Shown: positions 36,400-48,718 of the stretch, piece by piece
Layout: each line of letters opens with the position of its first letter
How positions within the stretch are numbered: the stretch's first letter is position 1
Source of the DNA: Amoebophrya sp. A120
Lineage: Eukaryota; Protista; Dinoflagellata
Length of the DNA stretch: 64,000 nt
Assembly (NCBI GenBank): GCA_905178155.1
Contig: CAJINV010000020.1
Location: 310,001 to 374,000 of the forward strand
Direction of reading: 5' to 3'
Notes under the pieces: model-generated
Databases searched by the model: none
Told to the model about the DNA's origin: nothing
Seen by the model: the letters and a program-made list of their open reading frames with translations, nothing else
Position numbers and translations under genes: made by a program

Positions 36400-38655
36400 A
36401 TGTACCTGGTTTCGTTTTTCTGCGCTATCCTCCTGATCGGGATCTGTGTCCCGAAATGGTCCTCCGAGACGGAGTCGAAATACAGCGGGGACCGCGACAT
36501 TCGCTTATCAAATGCAAAAATGTCTGGGTCTGGAAGAATGCAACTTGTAATGCGTATTTCAGAACACGGAAAAGTCTGTCATGCATACGTAGCAGAAGCT
36601 CCCACTTTTTGTCGGCAAAATAGGGGACTTGTCATGCGGATTCGGCATTGCAGAAGGTTCTCGAAACCTGTGCTGCTAGAGCTTCCATGCCAGACCTTCT
36701 GTGTCATGCAAAAACAGCATGACTCTTCCAGACCCAGACATTTTTACATTTGATATCGCTACATGATCTGTCATTCGACCTGCCTTTTTGCCGGCGAGGT
36801 GTTCGAGAAGGAAGCGATGCGAAACCAGACCGCCAGCACGTTGCAACGAAACCACCACTTTCGGGAGCTTTTCAGCACCGTGCGCAGTTACGCGTTGGCC
36901 CCGCCGTTGAAGAAGAAACAGAACTACTCGGTTTCCACCCACCCGCCGCAAGCGCCGACCTTCGTGCGGTCCCAAGTGGAACACGCGCGGCACCGGGGAA
37001 CCCACGATTTGCGGGGCACGGCGGCGCGGTTCGGCAACCAATTATACTTCCAGCTGCGGGAAAATTGGAACACGAAAAGCACGGAGAACGCTGTTACAAT
37101 CGACGCCGAACGGCTGAAAACGGGGCAACTGCGGGATAACAAGGCGGAGATGCTGATGGTAACGGGGATGCGGGCGGCGGCGGATTTCGTGCAGAAAAAT
37201 ACTTTGGACGAAATTCGGAAGAGCAGCTTATTCATGTTCGAAGCTCTGGGGATCAGCAAAAGCACGTGGAAGGATTATAACGAAGACGCTGGTCCCTGGT
37301 CCGTTCGGCGGGAACTAGGGAAGAAACTTTTGTATCTTTTCGATTTCTTCCTCAACTTGTTTGGCGACTTCGAGCATTTGCTACCCTTCACGCTGCAGGA
37401 GGAGTGCGCGTACCGGTGCAGCCAGGACAATGTGGACACGCGGAAAAAGGGGAATGAGGTTCTGGTCCAGTACTACGGCAAGTGGGGCTTCAAGCGTCTG
37501 TACGGGGCGCAGGAATTTTTTGCGGCATTGTTCTCGTTGTTGAACTTTTTCCTTCACCCGGTGTATTTCTGGTCGAGTTTACGGAAGATAAAGGAAATCA
37601 TACGGGTTACAAGCAGGATAAACAGTGGAGATAGCGAAACTATTAACACTTTTGCACACAACAAGAACACCTCTCGCGCTTTCCAAAAGGCGAGAACTTC
37701 CCTGCTTGGCCACCACACACTCGTCGCGGGCTTCGGGTTCTTTAGCTCGCTTTCCTGGGCCGCGAGCTGTTTATTTCACGCACGGGATCGGGATTTCACG
37801 ATGATGCTGGACTACGTGTTTGTGCAGTGGATGGGCGGGTGGGCGCTGCTATCCGGTTTAATGTACCGAAGCGTGGACGAGCAATGGGGTTTGACGTTCA
37901 AAGCCTTCCTGAAAACGACCACGTTCTACTTTTGTCTCATCTTCGCAGGCATCCTCGCCCACCAGACGCAGGTAATCTTCCAGTCGAGCAGACCCGATAC
38001 CGGAAAGCACATGGTGTTTTGCGTGGGGTTGGCGTCGTCGGGGACCTTAGCGTACTTGAGCGCTTTACTGCGGAAAAACTGTCGGAGCGCGGTGTCGAAA
38101 GTCGTGCAGGGTGACTTGATGACCTGTTGTCGAGGACGTCGCGGGAATAACGAGGAGGAGAACTACAGCGTTGAAGCGGAATCTTCTTTGTCGGGGAGGG
38201 ATGAAAGAAAGTCAGCTCCGGGTGGCGAGGAGCCTAGTCCGAAAAAAGAAGACAAGATTGTCACCTCCTCGACACCAGCTCCAGCGTCGACCTCAGAGGG
38301 CAAGAAACTGCAAGAGTCGACGGCAAGCACGGCGACAACGCCCTCCCTTCTCGCCCAGCTCCAGGCCTATTGGGTTTCCTCTCCGGAATTCTTTCTCGCG
38401 ATTGCGGGGGCGTACCCGCTGTTCCTCTGTTTGGAGCTTGCCGACTTCCCGCCGTACGAAGATTTACTGGACGCGCACGCGCTGTGGCACTTGGGCAGTG
38501 TACCCATTCAATTTGGCTGGTACAAATGGTTTTCGAAAGCGGAAGAACTGGTGTTCCTGCCGGAATTTCTGAAGCAAAGCGGTGCTGCTCAGCAAGCAAA
38601 ACTGCGAAAAGACTGCCCAGAAGATAATGGAGTAGACCGTGCGAAGCAGGAGTAG
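36400..38655 (+). CDS. PGAP3: Per1/PGAP3 GPI lipid-remodelling phospholipase A2-like protein, 2 exons
   Basis: SGDRDIRYMIC..C; ECAYRC; QYYGKWGFKRLYGAQEFFAALFSLLN; FHARD..T..LDY; LELADFPP..LLDAHALWHLG. Confidence 0.93.
36506..36755. mobile_element. Introner family A (250 bp)
   Basis: Near-perfect TIR TATCAAATGCAAAAATGTCTGGGTCTGGAAGA; TSD TCGCT. Confidence 0.95.
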
Positions 38656-39136
38656 TTGCACTCAAAATCATGATGTCACGACATGGAGTATGTAGTGGCA
38701 CGCTTGCGGAAATGAAATCTGTGACCGACAACAGTTCTGTCCTTTTGAAAGCATCAGTACTCTGGTTCTGGTCGTGTTTTTTTTTGAATGCCTCGACACG
38801 AGTTTCAAAGCTCTTTTGCGAAGAGGACAGAGAGCATACAAATCGGGCATATGTAGTTAAGCTGTGCGAGTGTAGTAGTTCTAGTTCAGAAGCTAGAGCG
38901 GAAGTGATGCTTTCTTTCAGAAGCCGCTAGAGGAAGTTGCCAGGTCTTACAGCAACCTGAGCCCCTATTTGCGTCGCAAGAAAAGCTAAATGCATATTTC
39001 GTGCCAATAGTTTCACCACATCTAGATCTATGATTGAAGCTTTCAAAAGTTGCTTTCAGCATCGATCCGCATCCACCCATTTTCTTGTGAAAAATCCTTC
39101 ATCGAACTTTATTTCAACAATTTTTTCATCTTCAAA

Positions 39137-40203
39137 ATGGCCAGCTCCGACGACCGTTCAGCGTGGAAGTGGGTGGCCTTGGTCGGCGCCGCCTTTGTCG
39201 CCGGCATTGCGGTCAGCAAGTCGGAAAAATTGGAGGAGCTTGGAAAAAAATTGCTCCGAAAGGTGAAGAGGAAATTATACGGCTCAATAAACAAGAAGCC
39301 GCTCGGAAGAAACGACTCCGACCAGTACGTGCCCACAGAAATCCGGCGAACGTTAGAGTCCAGCGACCAGTTGCGCCGCGCCAGCCACAGTTTCTCCAGC
39401 GGGATGAATGCTGGGGATCATAACAGCACCTCCGGCGTGGAGCTGGTCCAGGACTGCAAGCCGCCTTTTCCCTACGAACTGGTTTTACTCCTGGAGTCGA
39501 CCTGCTTGTGCTACTTGTCAACGCAACTTCCCGAGGAAAAGAATGAATTGAAGTACCCGCATTTGAGCCTGATGAATTTTACCTACTACAACCCGGAGGA
39601 AGTGATCATCATGACGACAAGGAGGGACACGCAAAAACTGGAAAACCTCCGGTTGAACCCCTCTGTCGCAATCTTAGTGCACGACTTCCCCGCTGCGAGG
39701 GAGATCGTCACGAACCGCACCAGAACGCAGAGCCGACAAAGGTCCGGGTCCGATGGCAGTGCCGCGGAGGAAAAGGAGCAGTTTGCGCTGGCCAGTGGGC
39801 AGTCCTACGCCCGGACCAGCAGTATAACGCTGTACGGCCGCATGCGCATCCTGGATAGGAAACGGGACCCGGAATTGGCAGAAGAGCAGGTGACTGATTT
39901 ATGTTGGGTTTGATTCATTTCTCCTTCGCGATACTAAGGTTATCAGATCTGCATTCCTTTCTACTGTATCATGTGGTGTGTGAAAACTAAAAAAAAAAAC
40001 AGGAGCGCTACCGCGTGATTCACCGGGAGCGGAATGAGAAGTATAAAAACTTTATCGACGGCGAAAACATTGCGGTCCTGCTATTTGACGTGGAATTCGC
40101 CCGGATTTGCAACATCCACGACCAAGTCCACTCTTGGCGCAGGGACGCACCGAGCTCTGACGGTGGTGGGTCGCCGAGTAGCAGCTACAACCCAGCGGCA
40201 TGA
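39137..40203 (+). CDS. Pyridoxamine 5'-phosphate oxidase-like FMN-binding protein with an N-terminal TM helix, 2 exons
   Basis: PHLSLMNFTY..IIMTTRRDTQKLENLRLNPSVAILVHDF..SITLYG; intron 39890-40002. Confidence 0.85.
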
Positions 40204-40939
40204 GGAGGGCGGAAACGGAACCGGTCCAGGGCGTTCATTGTCGTGTGGACCACGCAGTCGTTTGATTGTTTTTGGGGTCGCAGCCTGTCCAATCAGTCGT
40301 CTGTCTCCATGTAGGAGATCGTGCCGCGTACTGCAACTGCTCACTACAGCTGAAGATACCGTTTGGTAGCTCTGTAGTTGTGCTGTTTTGCTGTCATTTG
40401 AAAAGGAATCAGATACTGATTTCCGCGAGGTACTTAGACTGCGCGAGTTGACTTGGATTTTGCTCTTACAAGTTTGTTGTCGACTGTTTCCGTCGACAGT
40501 CGCAGTCGCGCCATCGAATCTGAAATAGTACATGGTTCGTCTTTGTTCCTCGATGCCGCCCCACGCACCGTCGCGGAACAATACCTGGGGTAAAATCTCG
40601 ATATAAGAGACGACATGATTTTTATGTTCTCGATCGTCTGTTTGAGCTGATTTTTTCGGTCGAAGAGGAGCCGTGCCTCAAACGAGCCAAGTGTACTATG
40701 TTTTGCGATTGATGTAGTCAAAGACTAGTTCTGGGGCCACAGCATGCGATCTACTTCATCTTTGTGAGGCCAACGCTCTTCGATCTGATACCGATTTCGA
40801 GTCGTAGTACGGGCAGAAGTTCGTAACAAGTTATTCCTGTACAATTTGTTTTTGTTCGTGTTGCGGTCTACTACCGGAAGTTAAGTTGTTTCGTCAAAAC
40901 TACATCACTGAGCGAGAGGCGTCGAGAAAAAAAATCACC

Positions 40940-43008
40940 ATGGCAGCTTCCTCCTCCGGCGGGGGGTCTGGGTGGGAAGACCTGTTGTCTTCCGGAATGA
41001 AGTGGGCGACGAATGCGGTGACTTCAGGTTCAGCGCCAGACCTGAGTTTCGTCATGCTCAAATCCGTGGCCGAGGCGCAGGCGGAGACGTTGGTCCGGAA
41101 GTTATCCGAGAAGCTTTCCGAGACCAGTGTCCTGACCGTGACAAGTCTGGATACGCCCGCCCACGCACGGGGGCTGCAACTCGCACAGTTGTTTGCGCAG
41201 ATGACGGGGCAGTGCAGCCAGTCGCGGACGGGGCAAGTGTCTTTTCCACAGTACTTACTGGAGGAGTTGATGCTTTATGTTTCGATGTTAGAAGGCATGT
41301 GGCAGCTGAAGTTGCTGCGGCGTGTGGAAAAATTTTTCTCTGCCTGTTTGGTTTACTAAATTGATGAGAACCCAAAGATTCACAAAAAATACAGGCTCTC
41401 CTCCCTTAGCGGTTGCGACGAGCTGTGGACTGCCTACTGCGGGCACTTCTGGATGCGGCTGGACCTTTTCTGCATTTCACTGCTCCTTGCTCCGTACGTC
41501 GCCCGCCAGGTCAGTGCGGAACTGCCTTCGTTTTCTGGAATGATTCTTCCCACCGTTCTGCTCCCAGCCGGTCTGCTGAAGTTTCTTCCTACACTGAGGT
41601 GTCCACCTTCGCTGAAAATACCGAGGTGTTGCGTGGAACAGCTGAGACTACCCGCTCGCGTCTTGAACGCTCGAGCAGTCCGGGTAGTGCTGGAGAACGA
41701 AAGGGTGCAAAAATGCCTGAATTGGCTAGTACAAGAACCAGCAGCGCAGGACGATACTAGGGCACTTGCGACGAACGAGAGCGCCACGGCGGGACTGGGA
41801 CCGCAGCAGCACGCGCCAGAGACGATGGACAAGCGTCAAAACCAGGCGGTAGATCTGGAGGTTTACACTGTCGGTGCGGCGTCGACACGGGCAGACTTTT
41901 CGAGTAGTTCGGAACAGGAGCAGAACTTCGGTTCTGCCGAAGCGCAACTGCGAAGGATGCTGGACCCAGCAGGTGGTGGGGCAGGTAGTGATAGAATCAA
42001 GTTATTCATTTCTGCGTTATTTTGGCATCTTTGAGATTTCCGCATTCTGGGCGGAATGAATGTCTTTTGCAATCATCTGTCTACCAGATAGTAAAATGTC
42101 GTGCATGTTTATGTTTTGTGCAACAGGCCCGTCATCAGCAGCCGGTCGCCGTTCCAGCTACTATGGTGGAAACAACACCACAACGATGTTTGAGCAAGAT
42201 CCGATGTCGCGACGCGTGTCCGTCCCGGAGACCGATTTTCACTACCAAAACGGCGGTTCCAGCTCTTCCTCTGCGCCGTACTATAATCCTGGAGCTACTG
42301 GTGCACAAAATCTTGTTCCATCAGAGCAACTACCGGGTTCTTTCCCGTCGAGCAGTCGTAGCTGGGTGCACCTAGTACTTCCGAGCTCCTGGACTTCGAA
42401 AAATGTGGTGCAAGCAAGTCTACTCGCGACTTCCTCTGCCATCTACCTGCTGCCGGGGCCCACCTTCTTCCTCGCGCACCTCTTCGGCGCGTGGCTCCAC
42501 GGGGGCCGGGAAGGCTGGAAGGCGGAAACCAAGACCATTGGCCTGCCGCAACTGCAGGAAACCTTCGACCGACTCCTGGAACCGCCAAAAACGAAGAACC
42601 CGGATAGTATAATGTTGATCATGATTGAACATGTGCCGAGGGAATGATTTTGATTTGACATTCGGTGTGTAACACAGGTTTTCCATAGGTACATAACCAG
42701 CCGTCTCGATTTAAACTTTTTTTGAAACACTCCATATATAATCAGGTCTCTTTTTCCCCTTCGCGATCGGACTGGGCGCCGTGCTAGGCGGTCTCGCGCT
42801 GGTCGGCACTTTCGGAGGTAGTGGTGGAAATAAACCGGATCCTCCGGAGCAGCAAGGAGATAATATTTCCCCGTATGGCCGACCACTGAATCCATTAGCA
42901 TCTTCTTCGCAACAAGGTCCTCCACTTCCGGGGGGAATGCCGCCCATGCAGCACCAGCAACAGCCCCTAATGCTCGGCGGGGGTGGCGTTGGCGGCGTTA
43001 TGCGGTGA
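40940..43008 (+). CDS. Hypothetical protein, about 4 exons
   Basis: ATG 40940; successive + ORFs separated by short AT-rich introns ending in CAG. Confidence 0.55.
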
Positions 43009-43763
43009 GAGCTTGGTCTGTGGAAAGACCATGAGTAGAGCCATGAAGAACAAAACACGAACGCCTCTGGTGCTATAGTAAGAAAGTAAACGACACCAAC
43101 ATGGATGCTTCGTGCGCATGTAATGAACAGTTGACTGAACAATACCTACTACATTTTGGTGAACTTCTTCTTGCTCTCCTGAACTTCGCGGTTGCGAGAA
43201 TACCAATGCATCAACAAGAATACAGAATAAGAAAGAATCACTAGTTGCTCTGCTGCCTGAGCAGCTGCACTGTTTCAAGAGAGCAGCGCAGTTCAACTGC
43301 AATCCGCCACAAAGATGGATCATTCGCTGGTGATATCTGGTTGTGCCTCCATGCTTGAGGACTCTATCAGCGTGCGTGCGTTTCCGAAAGATTCAGATCC
43401 ATAGTTCTTGCGTGAATAAAAGAATGTCAAGCTTCGAACTCCTCCGTGGAAAAAATTCTTCTTCATTCAATTCACAGGAACAGTATTCTGGCCGCATTTT
43501 GCGGGCCCGGATGGACCAAGCACTCTTGTTTCAGCGGTTCTTAGCCTAAGTCGATCGAATCTACCGACGCAACTTGATGCGACGTCGGGATGCTGCTTTC
43601 ATTCCCTCGTCGGCGCTATCTATTTGGTTTTTGTCCGACTTTGGCGATTGCCTGATGCAATTGCAAACAATACACCATTCCACACTAAAAACAATTTCAA
43701 TTCCCACCCTGAATACGAAACCCGATTTCGATTTTTAAAGCAGTTCTTTTCCGCCTTAACAAA

Positions 43764-46700
43764 ATGAAATCATTGGCACCGCCAACGATGTCGGTGATTT
43801 TTCCCTGGTCCTCCGACCGGGTCACACTTGATGTCCTCCGGTTGTTCATCGCCCTCCACACCGCTCTCTACTTCTTCCCCACTCTCGTCAAAGCGAGGAC
43901 CTTCCCGGATCGGTCGCAAAGCACGAGCGGGCGGGAGTTTCTCCTTCCCCCGGGGGCCGGGGTCCCGTTCGTCGAGAGCCAGAACCCCTTGGCGCGGACC
44001 GCGTTACCCTGGAACGAGGGGACGTACATGTCCCGGTACGTATGCAGCGACTTTTTGTCACCTGGCCGTGCCGTGGAAACTGAAAGTGTCGCTGAGCAGG
44101 CGCAGGCCTGCGGGCTCCTGCTGGCCAGAAACTTTACGGTGAAGGTTCATGAGAACAATGTAGATCGTGCTCCCGCCTCTGCTCCTGCAAGCAACGATGT
44201 TCAACATCTGGATGAAGTAAAAAAAGCTGTTCTAGGAAGGTCAAGTACCGGCTGGACTCGATCCCTTTCGGACGACAGCACCGCGCCTTCAGAAGTAGAA
44301 CAGCACGTGGGTCGCGACGTCTTCGCAAGCGATAACTCTGGCGGTGCTCCTGGTGGAGCATCCTCGTCTTCGCAGAACAACCCTAAAGCAGAATTGTTTT
44401 CATCTTCACTGCAAGAAGTCGTGCAAAAACAAGCAACAGCCTCCGAGAACAAATATCACCTCGATGATCTCGACTTCTACGCCGCCGCAAGCCAGCATGA
44501 TGCTGCAACTATGAGAAACACCTCTGACGACTTTGACTGCTGTTGGGCGAATGAAGTACTGGATCGCGCTCGAGCTACTCTTGGAGATGGGTATAGAAAT
44601 CACGATCCTTTATTTCAGAGTGATGTTTGCAGGAACGTCACGCGAGAGGGGGACCTACATCTGTCGCGGGGATTTGACACGGACCCCAACGTCGATGTAG
44701 TTCAGAGCCTGTTATGCTCCCAGTGGAAGCAGGTGCAGCGGTACTGCGTGGACCATTATGGGGAAGATTTGGACCTGGACAGCATCAAATGCAAAAATGT
44801 CTGGGTCTGGAACAAAGCAACTTGTCATGCTAATAGTCTGAATCATGTAAAAATTTGTGTTGCATGATTACCAAAAGCTGTCCACTTTTGACCTAATCGA
44901 GAGGCAGCTTCTCATGCAGGATTGGCATGAGAGAACTCTCACAGAATCTATCATGCTATGTCCTACATACCAGACCTCATGGGTCATGGAAAACCTGCAT
45001 GACAAGTCTGGCACTCTTCCAGACCCAGACACTTTGACATTTGATAGGGTCCGATGGCAGTGCCGCGGAGGAAAAGGAGCAGTATCAAAAGGAAAAATCC
45101 CCCCTCCCCATATCAGAAGGAAGTTTCTGATGCTGGATTTGCGTAGACAAATCAGCTTTGTATTGCAGAGAGGCACTGCGGGCAGATCTCCGGGCTAGAT
45201 AGGGGCGTATGTGTCTAGTTGTTCAGCATGGCAAACGGCTGCCCTTTAGGCCCAACAGCATGACAGATCGCCTCTATAATGGGGCGGAAGCTCGTCCGGT
45301 GGGGAGCTACCTCCCCACCTCCCCCCAGCACTGGGGAGGTACCTCCCCACCCTAGGAAGGCACCTCCCCACACATGGGGAGGCACCTCCCCAGGGTGGGG
45401 AGGTGGGGAGGTGATACGTGGGGAGGTGATTCACACCATAACCAAAAGTATCGTACTCGTAGTAATTGCAGTCATGCATGACAAGTCTGGTTCCTCAGCT
45501 TATTCAGCATTACAAATTCCATTTTTCCTTCTGGAAAAATTTGTAATGCTATTTTTACTAGTGGTGTTCAACGTCGTGTTCGAGCATACTATAACCACTG
45601 CGTGGACCATTATGGGGAAGATTCATCAAATGCAAATATGTGGTCTGGGCCGGGAAGATTGCAACTTGTGATGCTGCATTTAGATTCCAAAAAAATCTGT
45701 ATTGCATGAGCAGCAAAGGGAGTGCAATTTTTGCTACGCGGAGAGGGCATTTGTCATGTGGAATAGGCATCAAGAAGCCCTCAAAAAATCTGTGACGCTA
45801 GGGCATGCGTCACAGACTTCATGGCTCATGCAAAACGTGCATCAGAATCTTCCAGACCCAGACATATTTGCAATGCATAAGATTTGAACCTGGACAACAT
45901 CAACGCGAGCAGTGACGAGCACCCCGGGAAGCAAGAGGTCGCAGGGTCGGGTGTCGGTGCTGATGTGAAGAGGTTCTCCATTTTCACTCCGAGAACGAAT
46001 TATTCTACTTCGGGAACAGCTGCTGCGGTTGTTCACGAAAAAGACGGAGCAGCGTCGCAAGAAGGGTGTACAGTAGAACCACCAGGAGAACCGAATTCTA
46101 GCAACTACTCGGATCATCATCATCATCATCATCGTCCTGCTGGTTTTCAGTACAGACCTTTTAGCACCACGAAAACCACGGAAGATCCAGACGGGCGAAA
46201 TCGCCCACCTTTGCTGTCTTCAACAGATGAGCTCGACAAGACGTGTTCATCTAAAAGCTCGTGCAATCTTCGGGAAACTCCGGAACTCCAGCTTTCTTCC
46301 GCTAGCACGGCGTCCACGTTGAGCAGTAGCTCAAGAAACAACTACAACTCGCTATTCACGGGGGCCAATCATTACGTTGAGCCGCCGATACTAGTAGCAC
46401 GAGGGAAGGCGCAAGCGCATGAAGACACAACTCTAGGAGGGTTGTCCCCATTAGCCCTGCCGCCGAGAGGAGGAAGCGCGACGCCCGCTGCGATTATTTC
46501 GGTGCCACATTTCCGTCTGGACGACGTAGACGACGAAGACGATGAGGATGATGTCAGCCAGGCAGATTCCTGCGACACCATCACCTTTATGCTCGACCGA
46601 GAAGAGGACGGAGAACCACTGTGCGATGAGGAGGCGCAGCGCGACGTGTCAAGAAGTGCTGATAACCTCAGAACTTCTCAGATGCGCATGCGTCACATGG

Positions 46701-48718
46701 ATAGTAGCACACAGGATTATGATAGCGTGTTCCGTTCACGAGAGTGCTGCGCCGAGTTGTTTCATCCTACCAGCAGCAGAGGTGTTGTGCCACGAATTGT
46801 GTTTCCATCCGAACAGCAGCAAAGCGAACCTTCCACAGGTGCGACCGCGGCGGGTTCGAGCCACGATAGTTTCGTCCATGAACGGATCTCCAGTGTGCGG
46901 AGTCTTGTTCCGCAGGACAGACTACACGTTCAAGAGCGACGCGAAGACGTTGTTGGTTCACAGCATACACAACCACCCTTATCTGAGGACGCCATCATTT
47001 CGTCCTCAATGCGGCTGCGAAACGCGGGAACGAGCGAGGCAACAGATTTGCTGCCATCATCTCCTTCCCCAGGAGGTAGACAGCCTGAAATGCTCGACAC
47101 AATAGGGGAGGACGACAGCTCGGACGCGCGCGACGAGCAATACTGGGGAGAGGTGAATGCTTTGATGCAACCAGAGTCGGAGTCTCACTTCTTCGCCCCG
47201 ACGCGGCGAGCCCGCCTCGGGGCAGAGCAGCGGCTGGTGGCGAGACGGAGAGAGGAGGCGGCCATGCGCGCGGCAGACGTGGTGCGGAGTCCCAGAGCGA
47301 GAGCGCAAGCTGCAGGGGTGGGTCGCAGTCCGAGAAGAAGTCTTGTTGCTGTTGTACCAGCTGCGGCGGGGGCGGAACCGACATCAGCGTCAGCTATGGA
47401 GGGCGGTGTGGCAGACGCCGTTACCGATTCCGCCAATGCGGCGCCGCCTGGTCCACCAGCGGTTGCTCCTCTGGGACGACAAGAGCGAGCACCGTCCGTG
47501 GGTCAGACGGAACCGCAGGAGCAGAAAACTGCAAACACGACTGAACAACAAACAAGCGAGGAAGTTGTAGACTTGATGACAGGATTCACTCCCTCCCGCA
47601 GACCGCGAGTCACCTTTGTCTCGCCCACTTCCTCAGGGTCAAGCAGCGGGACGAGTGGCAGTGGAAGTAGCGGGAGCAGCAGTAGGTCTTCTGAGGTCTA
47701 CGCCCAGATGGGCCGGGAGGACGAACAGCCAGCTGGAGCAGGTAGTTTTATTCGGGCAAACTGGTGTGATCCTATCCCGCAGCGCGGACCGACGTTGCAG
47801 GCATCGCCGCGACTGGCGTTTGAGATCGAGCAGAGCCCCGTTTTAGCTGCCTCTGATTCGTCGATTCTCAGCTCCCCACCCCTTTCCTACAGCTTCAGGT
47901 TCAAGAGCGGCTTTAGTCCGGGCGGCGGACCGCACAGGAGAAACTTTGCAACGTGCAATCGTGCCTGCTGCCGCAACGCGCGGTCAAACGAAAATGGTGG
48001 ACAGAAAAACAGCGGGGTCGTCGAAGAGGATCCCTCGAGTCACCACCTGCCAAGAGTGCTCCACTGCTGTCTGAGGCGGAGCCGGTCCGCGGATTCGCCA
48101 CTGTTGCGCGCAAGACGACGGAGCCAGTCCCCCGTGTCCTCCCCCCCCGCGGGACAGCGCAGGTGTGCCAGCTGCACCTGGCTGCCGGGGAGCCAGGCCG
48201 GCGTTGCGTCCGGTGCGGAGCAGGTCGGAGGGTGCCTACTCAGGTTTTTCCCGGGAACGGCAAAAGCCAAAATAGCCGATGATAAATCTACTTGTTCTTC
48301 GGGAATGAATTCTTGCACGGTCGGGGGTGAGCAGAAAAATATTAAGCAAGACCAGCAAGGAGCGAAACAAACAACCGAGCTGCACACCGTAGCAACGTCC
48401 AAACCGCCAGCTAATCTTCTCCGCAGCTGCTTGGCCCGGTTCCGGGGGGAACCCCGAACGGAAGCCACGAAACACGTCCACTGGGGTGACAACCAGCTGT
48501 GTGGGCTGCATCGGGAGCGCCACGAAACAGATATCTCCGAGCTCGCCCGGACGGCGGAAATTCAGGAGCGATTCCTCGGGCTGCAAGAAAGACAGGGAGA
48601 CCGCAGCGGGGTGCACAACATGTTGGAACAACACCGGCCTGCCTCCTCTTCCTCACGGAGAAGCCAATCAGCAGGAGGTTCTGCGCGAGCTCGAAGGTTC
48701 TTGGCTCCCTGGCAGTAG
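43764..48718 (+). CDS. Large hypothetical low-complexity protein interrupted by a compound insertion (about 44770-45884)
   Basis: ORF 43764 (..CVDHYGEDL) joins in frame with ORF 45884 (NLDNINASS..) across AGATT repeats. Confidence 0.65.
44783..45046. mobile_element. Introner family A lacking a matching TSD
   Basis: TIR CATCAAATGCAAAAATGTCTGGGTCTGGAA / TTCCAGACCCAGACACTTTGACATTTGATA; flanks GACAG vs GGGTC. Confidence 0.9.
45299..45430. repeat. Cluster of GGGGAGGT / ACCTCCCC short repeats in both orientations
   Basis: About 10 units, direct and inverted. Confidence 0.85.
45445..45590. mobile_element. Truncated or degenerate introner family B copy
   Basis: AAAGTATCGTACTCGTAGTAATT...CAAATTCCATTTTTCCTTCTG...ACTAGTG, shared with 57709 and 61281. 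Confidence 0.75.
45624..45879. mobile_element. Introner family A (256 bp)
   Basis: TIR plus TSD AGATT; interior similar to 59847-60114. Confidence 0.9.

Noticed and set aside
36509-36545. Recurrent peptides such as MSGSGR, KCKNVWVW and PDPDIF in many ORFs
   Set aside because: These are translations of the introner TIR, not a protein family
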